Positions 29,707 through 38,960 of a stretch of DNA of 64,000 nucleotides are shown here, one piece after another. The notes beneath the pieces were generated by a model. It made no database searches. It was not told where the DNA came from and worked only from the letters and a program-made list of their open reading frames with translations. Made by a program: the position numbers and the translations under genes. The stretch is from Lentisphaeria bacterium. GTDB lineage: Bacteria > Verrucomicrobiota > Lentisphaeria > JABSQK01 > JAWLHB01. Every line of letters starts with the position of its first letter. Positions within the stretch are counted from its first letter, which is position 1. Location of the stretch: contig JAWLHB010000015.1 in assembly GCA_041690595.1 (NCBI GenBank), forward strand, positions 1-64,000. The letters run 5' to 3'.

Positions 29707-30381
29707 TCATTTCTGCAGCAGGCATTCCAGGAGTTCATACATCTTCCGGGCGAAGACGTCATGGCCGGCCTTGTTCAGGTGCACCCCGTCCTCCGGCAGA
29801 ATGTACGTCGCTGGGTTGTCCGACATCAGGGCATACAGGTCGAGGCAGGGCCAACCATATTGATCGTACAAGGCGCGGGCTGTCTCGCGGGCCGGATTCA
29901 AGCTGGCGTCAAGGCTGCCGCCGAATTGGCCCAGGTAGTCCCGGTATGCTGGATCTTTCGTGGCAAAGTGCCACTCGTCCACGACGGGGTTAAGCACGAT
30001 GCCAACCGGCTTCGTCTTCGCCGGCAGCCGCGCCGCAAAAGTGGCCACCAATTGCTGCAATTCCCCCTCGCCAAGAATGCGACTGGGTTGTCGGCAGTCG
30101 TGGTTATTGCCGCCAACCATGAAGAGGCAGAAGTCTGGATTGTACGGCAGAACGTCCCGGTCGAACCGACTCATGACCTCACGCGTGGACTCGCCACCCA
30201 CGGCGCTGTTAACGATTGGAAAGCAAATTTCGGGATGCGCCCGTGACAGCAACCGCAGCAGAGCGTTGTACCACCTGTCCAGCGGATCGTCGACGCCGAT
30301 ACGCCCCTCCATGATCGATGACCCATACAGGCAGATCACGACGTTTCGCATCCCCCAAGCCATGCTGCACCTCCTCGTCAA
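29707..30381 (-). CDS. SGNH/GDSL-family hydrolase
   Basis: Block I YGSSIMEG, block II NSAVGG, block III GGNN and block V DGVHLN. Start may be 30363 or 30351. Confidence 0.85.
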   Translation of the reverse strand: MTRRCSMAWGMRNVVICLYGSSIMEGRIGVDDPLDRWYNALLRLLSRAHPEICFPIVNSAVGGESTREVMSRFDRDVLPYNPDFCLFMVGGNNHDCRQPSRILGEGELQQLVATFAARLPAKTKPVGIVLNPVVDEWHFATKDPAYRDYLGQFGGSLDASLNPARETARALYDQYGWPCLDLYALMSDNPATYILPEDGVHLNKAGHDVFARKMYELLECLLQK

Positions 30382-30492
30382 CGCATTCTCCGTTCGGCCA
30401 CCGCAATCCCAGAGAGCATAACGTAGCCCTCGCTGGTATCAAGCGATTCAAAACGAAATCGGCACGTCTCCATGAACGTCACGCCCCTGGCC

Positions 30493-31635
30493 TCACGGCC
30501 GGCGACCTTCTTCCAGTTCCACCTTCAGGGAGAGGAACTTGAGCAGATCCTTCAGGGTCACGATCCCGCGCAAGTGCCCATCGTCGACCACCAGAAGTCG
30601 CGAAGAATCCTGGCTGCGCATGCGTGAAAGTGCCTCCATGGCATCCGCATCGGCCGGGATGCTGTTGCCTGTCGTGCACGACTTCAGGATGCTCTCCACC
30701 CGAGTCGTGGGCCACTCCTCCTTGTCGATCTCCTTGATGTCAGAGAGGGTGATGCAGCCCAGCAGCTCGCCATCGTCGTCAACTACCGGATAGAGCTTGT
30801 AGTGGTAGCGATAGACATAGTTCTCGACCACGTCCTGCATGCTCTGTCCGGGATGCGCGACCACCGGGTCGGGATGCATGAAGCGGCTGACGGGCTCCCC
30901 TTCCAGCGCGCGCCGCAGCACCACCTGCTGATAGGACATCGACGCAGCGCCCCGGAGAAACATCCCCAGAATGAACCACCAGACTCCGCCGATGAGGTTG
31001 CCGCTCAGCGCCGCGATCACCCCGAGCACGATCAGCACCATGCCGAAGAGACTGCCCAGGCTGCTCGTAACCCGCGTCGCCCATTTGAGATCCGACTTCA
31101 TCCTCCAGAGGATCGCCCGCAGCACTCTGCCGCCATCCAGTGGGAACGCGGGCACCATATTGAAAGCGACCAGGATGAAGTTGATCAGCGAGAGGTAGGC
31201 AAAGACACCACTGAAGAGCCGGCCAACGTCCGCCGCGTTCAGCAGCATGGTGATGATGGCGCACTGGAAGGCGATCACCACGCTGGCGAGTGGCCCCGCG
31301 ATGGCCACCATCAGCTCCGCATGCGGATTCGGCGGCTCTTCGCCCATCTCGGCCACCCCGCCGAAGATAAAAAGGGTGATCCCCTTCATCGGGATGCCGA
31401 AGCGGCGCGCGACCAGTGAATGCGAGAACTCATGCAGCACGATCGAGATGAAGAGGCCGATCGCGCCCGCAATGCCCATGCCCCAGTAGACAGCGGTGGA
31501 GTAGCCCGGAAACTGGTTGGGAAAGACCCCGCTCGAAAGGCTCCACGCGATGAGCCAGCCCAGCAGCAGCCAACTGACGTCGGCCCGTACCTGAAAGCCG
31601 AACAAGCGAAAGAGGTTGAAGCTCCTGCCGAACAT
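30493..31635 (-). CDS. Site-2 protease (peptidase M50) with a CBS pair
   Basis: HEFSH, FIFGG, AGP and FNMVPAFPLDGGR motifs, plus two C-terminal CBS domains. Confidence 0.95.
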   Translation of the reverse strand: MFGRSFNLFRLFGFQVRADVSWLLLGWLIAWSLSSGVFPNQFPGYSTAVYWGMGIAGAIGLFISIVLHEFSHSLVARRFGIPMKGITLFIFGGVAEMGEEPPNPHAELMVAIAGPLASVVIAFQCAIITMLLNAADVGRLFSGVFAYLSLINFILVAFNMVPAFPLDGGRVLRAILWRMKSDLKWATRVTSSLGSLFGMVLIVLGVIAALSGNLIGGVWWFILGMFLRGAASMSYQQVVLRRALEGEPVSRFMHPDPVVAHPGQSMQDVVENYVYRYHYKLYPVVDDDGELLGCITLSDIKEIDKEEWPTTRVESILKSCTTGNSIPADADAMEALSRMRSQDSSRLLVVDDGHLRGIVTLKDLLKFLSLKVELEEGRRP

Positions 31636-31641
31636 GCGCTG

Positions 31642-33189
31642 TCACTCTCCAGCTGTGGGAAGCGCATTCGCGGGACCGACGTCGAGCGCGTCGAGCACCT
31701 GCAATGCCCCCCCATCATACGCATTGTTGATGGCCCGCAACTGAGCCCGCTGGTTGGGCACACGCCCATACAGCGTCACCACGCGGTTGTTTACCCAGAT
31801 GCCGATCTCGGCGGCGTCCACCAGCGGATCCCAGAACATGCGCTCACGGCTCGATTCGCCGATCACCCGATCCGACGTAATCGGGGTGCCACCATAGTAG
31901 TGAAGCAGCTCCGATCCGTATGGCAACGCATCGAAACAGGGCGCAATTGCCTGCCCAATCGAATCCGGGCCGACATAGGCTGGATACTCGACGGAAAGGT
32001 GGTTCGCCACCGTGACCACGCCAGCCACCCGCGAGACCACGTCCTTCGCTTGTCCTTTCTCGAAGTAGTTATCGACATTGCCGAAGAAATAGACCTTCGC
32101 ATGACGCACGAAAAACCTGATGTCGTGGTCCCCGACGCAGGGATCGCGCCGCAGCGCCTGCTCGATCATGTCCCGCAACTCATCGTCGCCAATCTGGACA
32201 TCCGGCTGAACCGACAGCCGGTTGCGCACCCTCCAGACCCCGTCGATTTGACTGGCGGCACGATCGACAGCAATCATCGCCTTCGGATTGGTCACCGTTC
32301 CCGACACCGTTACGATACCCTTCTTCACCTCCACCCCAGGCTCAAAAGGGGCCACCCGCGGATCATGACGCAACGCTTCCTTCACTGCCGACTCGATCTC
32401 CGCGTCCGTCAGCGGCCGCGGCGCCTGCATCCTCTCGCGCAACCACCAGGCGATCTTCAACTCTCGCGTATCCACGCCGCGCACCCCTTCCACCCAGCTA
32501 TTCGCATAGGCACGATTCCTTTCCAGCAGGCTACCCACCGCCCCTGTCAGGTAGACTTGGCCGGAGCGCACCTCGACCTCGATAAGCCCCGCGTCCACCC
32601 AGGCATCACCGCGAAGGCGACGCTGGACCGCTTCCGCGATCTCGTCGTCGGTACGCTCAGCCGCCGTCTGGATCTCGATCAGATTGTCGAAGCCCATGAT
32701 ACCCCGCACCTGGATGGCAACAACACCCGCAAGCTCCCTCTCCGCATGCGAGCTGACGCTGCCGGAAAGGGCGACAACCCCTTCGTTGACGCACACCCGC
32801 ACGACCATGGCGCTCGTGGCCGGATCTCGGCGCATTGCCTCCTCAACATCAGCCTGGATCTCGGGGGCGGAGCGGCGGTGGTCTGGCTTCACGCGTATCC
32901 TGTCCATCACCTCACGCACTCCCTTGACGCTCGCCGCGATCTGGACAGCCCGCTTTCCGGCTAGCAGGTTGCTGACTGCTCCGCTCATCAGGACAATGCC
33001 TTCACTGGTGGAGAGCTCCAGTGGTTCTGTCGATACAACCGCATCCAGTCGCAGCTTGACCTCGATAGCCTCGGTGATCTTGCTATCGGCCAGGTGACCT
33101 TCATCGTCCGTCCCTTGCGCGACAGCGGCAATCCCGAGCCAGAACGCCAGCAGCAGGATAGGGGGGAGTCCAGTCAGGGTTCTCATCAT
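31642..33189 (-). CDS. Secreted multi-BON domain protein (six BON repeats)
   Basis: Signal peptide from MMRT (33189, GGAG RBS). Six repeats of the D..I...V...L..D...V..G.V.L.G.V type. Confidence 0.88.
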   Translation of the reverse strand: MMRTLTGLPPILLLAFWLGIAAVAQGTDDEGHLADSKITEAIEVKLRLDAVVSTEPLELSTSEGIVLMSGAVSNLLAGKRAVQIAASVKGVREVMDRIRVKPDHRRSAPEIQADVEEAMRRDPATSAMVVRVCVNEGVVALSGSVSSHAERELAGVVAIQVRGIMGFDNLIEIQTAAERTDDEIAEAVQRRLRGDAWVDAGLIEVEVRSGQVYLTGAVGSLLERNRAYANSWVEGVRGVDTRELKIAWWLRERMQAPRPLTDAEIESAVKEALRHDPRVAPFEPGVEVKKGIVTVSGTVTNPKAMIAVDRAASQIDGVWRVRNRLSVQPDVQIGDDELRDMIEQALRRDPCVGDHDIRFFVRHAKVYFFGNVDNYFEKGQAKDVVSRVAGVVTVANHLSVEYPAYVGPDSIGQAIAPCFDALPYGSELLHYYGGTPITSDRVIGESSRERMFWDPLVDAAEIGIWVNNRVVTLYGRVPNQRAQLRAINNAYDGGALQVLDALDVGPANALPTAGE

Positions 33190-33397
33190 CGATCTCCAAA
33201 GGTGAATTCGGTTTTCACCTCTACCGTAGAGCCACTTGCCCTCGAGTCCCAAGAAGGTGCACTCACCCCTCTCGCCCTTCTACTCAAAAGGTGCGCCTTT
33301 GGCGGTAGACGCAGACGCAAAGATCGCCTATTGTGATTGCAGCCGTGATTCGCGGCCGCACCCATGTCCGGCACCCGTCGCATCCCGAGGTCTTTCC

Positions 33398-35257
33398 ATG
33401 CCCATCACTCCTGCCCCCCATCCCCGCCTTTATATTGGCGCCGACGAGCATCGGCGGTTGAGCAGCGAGCGCCACTTCGAGGTGATTGTCCAGGCTGATC
33501 GGCGGGTCCGCCGCGAAGCAAACCGCTTCATCCGCAACACGACCCTTACCTATGCACGCGACTGCCATAACGAGCACCTCCTTCGGGCGCGTGAAGTCCA
33601 GTACCGCATCGTCACCTTGCTGACCCGCTGGCAGCAGACGGGCGAAGCGCGCTATCGCAAGGCGGTCGTCGAGCAGGTACGCCGAATGGGCGAGTGGGAG
33701 TACTGGTCGTGGATAGCCTGGCGGCAGGGAGATGCCGCGCCGGATGCCATCTTCGATCTTTCCTACGGCGAGAACGCGGCCACCCTCGCCATCGCCTGGG
33801 ACTGGCTCTTTGCAACCCTCGACGCCGAAGAGCGCGACCTCTTTCTGGAGGTGGCGCGGAAGTGGCCGCTGGCGGCGGCGCGCAAGCAGATTCTCACCGG
33901 CAAAGCCTGGTACATCCGTTCCCCCAACTCCAACTGGAACACCGTCTGTACGGGTGGACTCGGCATGCTGCTCCTCGCCATGTACGAGGAAATCGAGGAT
34001 GCCGCCGAACTCCTCGCGGCAGTCGAGGATTCGATCGCCCCCTTCTTCAGGAGCCTCGACGAGACGAACGGGGGCTGGCCCGAAGGCATCGGCTACTGGA
34101 ACTACGGCATGCGCTATGGCTTCATGTACCTTCTCAGCCATGAGCGCAGCACCGGCAGGGAGCATCCCTTCCTGACGGCAAAGAGCGTCCGTCAGACCCT
34201 CGAGTTTCCCCTCGACTTCTGCCCGCATGGTCAGTCCTGCAGCTTCGGCGATGTCAACACCTGGACGCCGCTCCCCTTTCACTACGCCGCGGCGGCCCGC
34301 CTCGGCCTGAGTCGCGTCTGTCAGATGATCGAGCGTCGCGTTGATATGAGCGGCAAGAGCAGCTCCACCTGGCCGGATGCCGCCGAATGGCTCCTCTTCC
34401 ACACCGGCAAACCGGTCATGACGGCCGTTGCGACCAAACAGGCGGTCACCAGTCATTATGCCGGGCTCGATTGGGGTATCCTTGCCGATACCTGGCCAAA
34501 TCCGAAACTCTACCTCTCCATTCGCGGCGGAACCACCAAAGTCCCCCACGGCCATCTCGACCTCCTCTCCTTTCATTGCGTGGTCGGCGACGAACGCCTC
34601 ATCACCAATCTCACCCCCCACACGTACTACGACAGCACCTTCTCCTCCCGCCGCTACGATCTCTTCGAGATGCGGCCGGACGCCAAGAACACCCTCTTCA
34701 TCAATGGCGTCGGCATCACCAATCCCGCCACGCTGCAGAGCATGGAACGACTTCGCCGCGACGAACAGGTCGGCTTTCGCCTGGTGGCCACGGAAGCCAT
34801 GGGACAGGGCCGCGAAAGCGCCGCCTGCTCCTTCTGCGCCCGCCTCTTCCTGATGGTGGAGCAGCGCGTTGCCCTGATTGTCGACCGGGTGGAGTTGCCC
34901 TTTGTCGGGCTCGTGGAAAACCGCATGCACACCCCCGTCGCCGTTGGTCGCGGCAGGTCGGGTGCCAAGCTGCGCGGCAAGCGCCAGTCGATGCGTGTCG
35001 TCTATGCCGCCAGCGTCCCGGCCATCTTCCGCACTGGCGTCGATGTGCCCACCGCCATCACCGCTACCCCGACGACTGTCCTCCGCTGGGGCACCACCTA
35101 TCAGGTGAAGGAAGCGACGCTGATCACCCTTCTCTCCCCCGGCGATTCCCCGGCAGCCCTCAAGCTGGTCGATGCCGATGGCGGTCTCAGCCTGACGGTC
35201 AGTCAGGGGGATTGGCAGAGCACCGTCGCGCTCGATCACCAGCTGCGATTCCGCTGA
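33398..35257 (+). CDS. Heparinase II/III-like (alpha/alpha toroid) oligosaccharide lyase
   Basis: NSNWNTVC, WPEGIGYWNYG, FGD and HGHLDLLSF motifs. Start MPIT at 33398. No signal peptide. Confidence 0.8.
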   Translation: MPITPAPHPRLYIGADEHRRLSSERHFEVIVQADRRVRREANRFIRNTTLTYARDCHNEHLLRAREVQYRIVTLLTRWQQTGEARYRKAVVEQVRRMGEWEYWSWIAWRQGDAAPDAIFDLSYGENAATLAIAWDWLFATLDAEERDLFLEVARKWPLAAARKQILTGKAWYIRSPNSNWNTVCTGGLGMLLLAMYEEIEDAAELLAAVEDSIAPFFRSLDETNGGWPEGIGYWNYGMRYGFMYLLSHERSTGREHPFLTAKSVRQTLEFPLDFCPHGQSCSFGDVNTWTPLPFHYAAAARLGLSRVCQMIERRVDMSGKSSSTWPDAAEWLLFHTGKPVMTAVATKQAVTSHYAGLDWGILADTWPNPKLYLSIRGGTTKVPHGHLDLLSFHCVVGDERLITNLTPHTYYDSTFSSRRYDLFEMRPDAKNTLFINGVGITNPATLQSMERLRRDEQVGFRLVATEAMGQGRESAACSFCARLFLMVEQRVALIVDRVELPFVGLVENRMHTPVAVGRGRSGAKLRGKRQSMRVVYAASVPAIFRTGVDVPTAITATPTTVLRWGTTYQVKEATLITLLSPGDSPAALKLVDADGGLSLTVSQGDWQSTVALDHQLRFR

Positions 35258-35344
35258 CGCCACCGGCAATTCCGCTCGACAAGTCTCGGAACCCCTGCCA
35301 TCTTATGGGCTTTCGGAGTGCATCACAACTCGAGGGGGCAGGAG

Positions 35345-36457
35345 ATGGAAGATCGTGGAGGCTGGAATCTGCCGGAGGTATTCGCGGCAAGCTGTTATCG
35401 GGAGATCAGCCGCGACGGGGCGATTCGGGGTGTTCTCTTTCCGGGGGAACCGTACCGGGGGAGACCGACCGAAGTCTTTGCGTACATCGGCGTACCTGAG
35501 ACGACCCGTCCGGTGCCCGGCATGGTCTGCCTGCATGGCGGTGGCGGGCGTGCCTACAAGGAGTGGGTGGCGCTCTGGCTGGCGCGAGGCTATGCGGCCA
35601 TCTCGATGGACTTCGGCGGTTGTGGCCCTTCGGGCAAGCCCCTTCCCAACGGTGGACCACCCCAGTCGCATGAGGGGAAATTCCCCGTGGATGCTCCGTG
35701 GGAAGAGCTGTGGACCTATCATGCCATCTCTGCCTGCCTTCGCGCCCACAGCATCCTGCGGACCGAGCCGGGCGTCGATGCGGATCGTATCGGCGCCACC
35801 GGCATCAGTTGGGGCGGCTACCTGACCTGCATCATGGCCGGCGTCGACCCTCGCCTCGCCTTCGCTGCCCCCGTTTACGGTTGTGGCTTCCTGCGCGACA
35901 ACAGCGCCGTGGACTGGATGAAGATCTTCGCCGCCTGGAGCGCCGAGCAGACGGAACGCTGGCATCGACTCTGCGATCCCTCCATCTATCTCGGCAAAGC
36001 GCGCATGCCGCTCCTTTTCGTCAGTGGGACCAACGACTTTGCCTATCCACTCGACAGCCTTCAGAAGAGTTACCGGCTGCCTGCCGGGCCGGTGCAGCTC
36101 TGCATTCGCCATGAGATGCCCCATGGCCACATGGAAGGATGGGCGCCGGAGGAGATCGCCTGGGGTGCCGATCAGCATCTGCGTGGCGCCACGCCCCTCC
36201 CCGAGGTGGGCCCGATGCGAACTTCCGGCCGCCAGCTCGAAGCGAGGATCGTGCGCGGGAAGGTGAGTCGTGGCTGGCTTCTGCATACCGCCGATACCGG
36301 GCGCTGGCAGGATCGCAAATGGCAGCAGTCACCCGCCCGTCTGGAAGGGAAGAGGGTTGTCGCGGAGCTGCCGGAAGCGGCCACCGTCTTCTACCTGGCC
36401 ATCGAGGATGAACGCGGCGCGTGGATCAACACCCCCCACGCCTGCGCCGATCGGTGA
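35345..36457 (+). CDS. Alpha/beta-hydrolase (acetylxylan-esterase/dienelactone-hydrolase-like)
   Basis: HGGGG oxyanion motif, GISWGG nucleophile, GTND and HGH. Confidence 0.85.
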   Translation: MEDRGGWNLPEVFAASCYREISRDGAIRGVLFPGEPYRGRPTEVFAYIGVPETTRPVPGMVCLHGGGGRAYKEWVALWLARGYAAISMDFGGCGPSGKPLPNGGPPQSHEGKFPVDAPWEELWTYHAISACLRAHSILRTEPGVDADRIGATGISWGGYLTCIMAGVDPRLAFAAPVYGCGFLRDNSAVDWMKIFAAWSAEQTERWHRLCDPSIYLGKARMPLLFVSGTNDFAYPLDSLQKSYRLPAGPVQLCIRHEMPHGHMEGWAPEEIAWGADQHLRGATPLPEVGPMRTSGRQLEARIVRGKVSRGWLLHTADTGRWQDRKWQQSPARLEGKRVVAELPEAATVFYLAIEDERGAWINTPHACADR

Positions 36458-36464
36458 CTGGAGG

Positions 36465-37820
36465 TCAGACGGCGTTGCCGAAAAGATCGTAGGGATCCGC
36501 GCCGGTGATCTCCACCTCCACGAAACCCTTTTCATACGCATCGTCCGGGCCGGTGAAGTGCACCAGGTTGTCGATATCCGGCGCATCCGCATAGCTGCGG
36601 CCGACGAACTGGCCTGGCGCGGTTGGCCCCTCGACAATGACCTTCATGCGCGTACGGACCAATCCTTCGTTGCGGGCCAGTGAGATCTCCTGCTGCAACT
36701 GCATCAGCCGGTCGCGCCGTGCTTCGGAAACAGCCTGGGGCACTGGCTTCGACTTGAGGTTGAGCGCTGGCGTCCCTTCCTCCGGTGAGTAGCAGAAGAC
36801 CCCCATGCGCTCGAAACGAAACTCCCGTACGAAGTCGTACAGCTCTTCGAAATCGGCATCGGTCTCGCCCGGAAAGCCGACGATGAAGGTGGTGCGGATG
36901 GCGATGCCGGGTACCCCCTCGCGCAGCTTCCACATCAGCTCCCGCGTGGCGTCGGCAGGCATGATGCGCCCCATCGTCTTGAGCATGGCAGGCGCGATGT
37001 GCTGCAGCGGCATGTCGATGTAGGGGACAAGGTGTGGCGACTGGGCCATCTGGGGGATCAGGTCAACTGGAAAGGTGCGCGGGTAGGCATAGAGAATGCG
37101 CATCCAGAAGTCGCCGTCGATGGCATCGAGCTGCGTGAGGAGGTCGCGAATGTTGGCGCCATCCTGGCGATCGGTGCCGTAGCGGGTCGAATCCTGGGCA
37201 ATCAGATTGATCTCGCGAACGCCCTGCGCGATGAGCCCGCGGGCTTCCTTGACGATGGACTCGGTCGAGCGGCTCCGCTGTTTACCGCGGATCATGGGGA
37301 TGGCGCAGTAGGTGCAGGTGTGGTCGCACCCTTCGGCAATCTTGATGTAGGTGGTGTGCGGCGAGGTAAGCAGCAGGCGCGGCGTCTCGGCATCGTAGAC
37401 ATAGGTGGGTGCCCCGTACTGATCCCGTACTTCCTCCGGCTTCTGATGATTGAGCAGTGCCTTGACCTTGCGCACGATCTCCGGCTCATCGTCGAGCCCC
37501 ACAAAGAGGTCGACCTGCGGGAATTTGCGGCGGGCCAGCGGCAGATCTCGCTGCGGCAGGCAGCCCGTGACCACCACGCGACGACCTCGCCGTGCCCGTT
37601 TCCACTTCAGGGCCTGGCGGATCTCTCCTTCCGATTCCTTGCGCGCGGCATTGATGAAGGAGCAGGTATTGATCAGAGTGATATCGGCCTCCTCCTCGTC
37701 GTTGGTCATCAGGAAGCCGTCGAGGGCGAGATTGCCGCACATCGCTTCCGTGTCCACCAGATTCTTGGGACACCCGAGGGTGATGATGCGGACGGAAGGT
37801 GGGGCGGCAGTCTTGGGCAT
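36465..37820 (-). CDS. rimO: Ribosomal protein uS12 methylthiotransferase RimO
   Basis: LGCPKNLVD, NTCSFI, GCLPQR, KIAEGCDHTCTYC, PLQH, IVGFPGET and DAPDID motifs, with a TRAM domain. Confidence 0.95.
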   Translation of the reverse strand: MPKTAAPPSVRIITLGCPKNLVDTEAMCGNLALDGFLMTNDEEEADITLINTCSFINAARKESEGEIRQALKWKRARRGRRVVVTGCLPQRDLPLARRKFPQVDLFVGLDDEPEIVRKVKALLNHQKPEEVRDQYGAPTYVYDAETPRLLLTSPHTTYIKIAEGCDHTCTYCAIPMIRGKQRSRSTESIVKEARGLIAQGVREINLIAQDSTRYGTDRQDGANIRDLLTQLDAIDGDFWMRILYAYPRTFPVDLIPQMAQSPHLVPYIDMPLQHIAPAMLKTMGRIMPADATRELMWKLREGVPGIAIRTTFIVGFPGETDADFEELYDFVREFRFERMGVFCYSPEEGTPALNLKSKPVPQAVSEARRDRLMQLQQEISLARNEGLVRTRMKVIVEGPTAPGQFVGRSYADAPDIDNLVHFTGPDDAYEKGFVEVEITGADPYDLFGNAV

Positions 37821-37862
37821 GGGTGCTCCGGGAAGGGGGAAATCGTCGAGAGTAAAGGGCGT

Positions 37863-37891
37863 ACTATACCCCCCACTTCCTCATGCCGCCA
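37863..37891 (-). promoter_or_regulatory. Putative sigma70 promoter of rimO
   Basis: Minus strand TGGCGG-17 bp-TATAGT. Confidence 0.4.
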
Positions 37892-37982
37892 GATGCCGGC
37901 TTCAATAGCTCCCGGGCCGGGCGTTGCCCAGAGACGCGGGGACGCGGGGAGGCAAACATCAGGGAGCCCACGGGGATCGATC

Positions 37983-38036
37983 TCGACACTTTCGAGTTGC
38001 TCGATCAGTTCGATTCATTCGATCACGTCGACAGCC
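37983..38036. repeat. Six tandem degenerate 9-bp units TCGA-N5
   Basis: TCGACACTT TCGAGTTGC TCGATCAGT TCGATTCAT TCGATCACG TCGACAGCC. Confidence 0.8.
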
Positions 38037-38065
38037 TCCCAAGGCAGGGCAATTTGGGGCAATGG

Positions 38066-38144
38066 CCCCCTCCCTCATTGTCGGACCTGTCGAGGCTGTC
38101 ACCAGTGGAATTAAGTTCGCGCGGAGGGGGGACTCCCACACTGT
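38066..38144. repeat. Diverged solo copy of the 93-bp repeat unit
   Basis: 38076-38124 matches 95-143 at 38/49 positions without gaps. Flanked by CCCCCTCCC and CTCCCACACTGT, which resemble the unit ends. Confidence 0.8.
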
Positions 38145-38170
38145 GGCAGGGGACGTCCACCCATGGCCGC

Positions 38171-38199
38171 TTGCGGGGGTGGGGGCGGGCGGTTACTCT
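38171..38199 (+). promoter_or_regulatory. Putative sigma70 promoter giving a leaderless mRNA
   Basis: TTGCGG-17 bp-TACTCT, ending 7 nt before ATG 38207. No SD sequence. Confidence 0.5.
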
Positions 38200-38206
38200 T
38201 TGTGGT

Positions 38207-38620
38207 ATGAACGACCTGTTCGCGTATGGCACGTTGATGTGTGAAGAGATCATGCTGGCGGTTACCGGCTGCCGCCCGCGGAGTATGCCTGCCGTGCTGG
38301 AGGGGTTCCGTCGCGGTCGGATCCGCGGCGAAAGCTACCCGGGGCTGGTGGCCGCGGCGGGTTGCCGGGTGGAGGGCATCCTCTACCGCGACCTTTCAGC
38401 AGACGGGTGGGAGCGGCTCGACCGCTTCGAAGGGGAGATGTACGCGCGCCACACGGTCGACGTTCAGCTGCCTGATGGCACCATGGTCAGTGCCATCACG
38501 TATCTGGTTCGGCCGCGGTTCCTGGGGCTGGTAGAAGCGGCCGAATGGGACTTTCAGGCCTTTCTTCAGCGTGACAAAGCACGCTTTGAGGCGGACTATC
38601 GCGGCTATGACCAAGTATAG
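38207..38620 (+). CDS. Gamma-glutamylcyclotransferase (AIG2-like) family protein
   Basis: LFAYGTLM, YPGL, VEGILY and LDRFEGEMY motifs. Confidence 0.9.
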   Translation: MNDLFAYGTLMCEEIMLAVTGCRPRSMPAVLEGFRRGRIRGESYPGLVAAAGCRVEGILYRDLSADGWERLDRFEGEMYARHTVDVQLPDGTMVSAITYLVRPRFLGLVEAAEWDFQAFLQRDKARFEADYRGYDQV

Positions 38621-38766
38621 AGGCGCCAGAACCATCCGCTTCCGTAACATCGCATCCGAATTCGGAGTACATGCCGGAAGCCCCCCGGATGGGCAAGCTC
38701 GGAAGAACTCCTGTTAGTCAATTTTTTCGCATAATTTTGGACTGGCATGGCGAAAGTTGCGGAGTG

Positions 38767-38782
38767 TGGCATTGTAGTTGCG
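38767..38782 (+). promoter_or_regulatory. Sigma54 (-24/-12) promoter upstream of the corrinoid module
   Basis: TGGCAT-TGTAG-TTGCG has exact GG-N10-GC spacing. Preceded by an AT-rich tract. Confidence 0.65.
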
Positions 38783-38960
38783 CTGTGCTTAACAAAACCC
38801 GAAACGGGGTTTAACTGCATGCGGCCTGTGTCAGCGGCGGAAACCAGAAAATCGGTTGCTGGCTCAGGCAAACGTGGAACGGTAAGTGGTGCGTCAAATA
38901 CCGATTGGGGTGGGGACGATACCAGAACCGCGTAAACACAACGTTTAGAGGACGCTCAAA

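Noticed and set aside
38790..38960. Cobalamin or c-di-GMP riboswitch in the corrinoid-gene leader
   Set aside because: I could not find the B12-box elements (GGGAA, GCCACTG) or the GEMM pattern. An Infernal scan would settle it.
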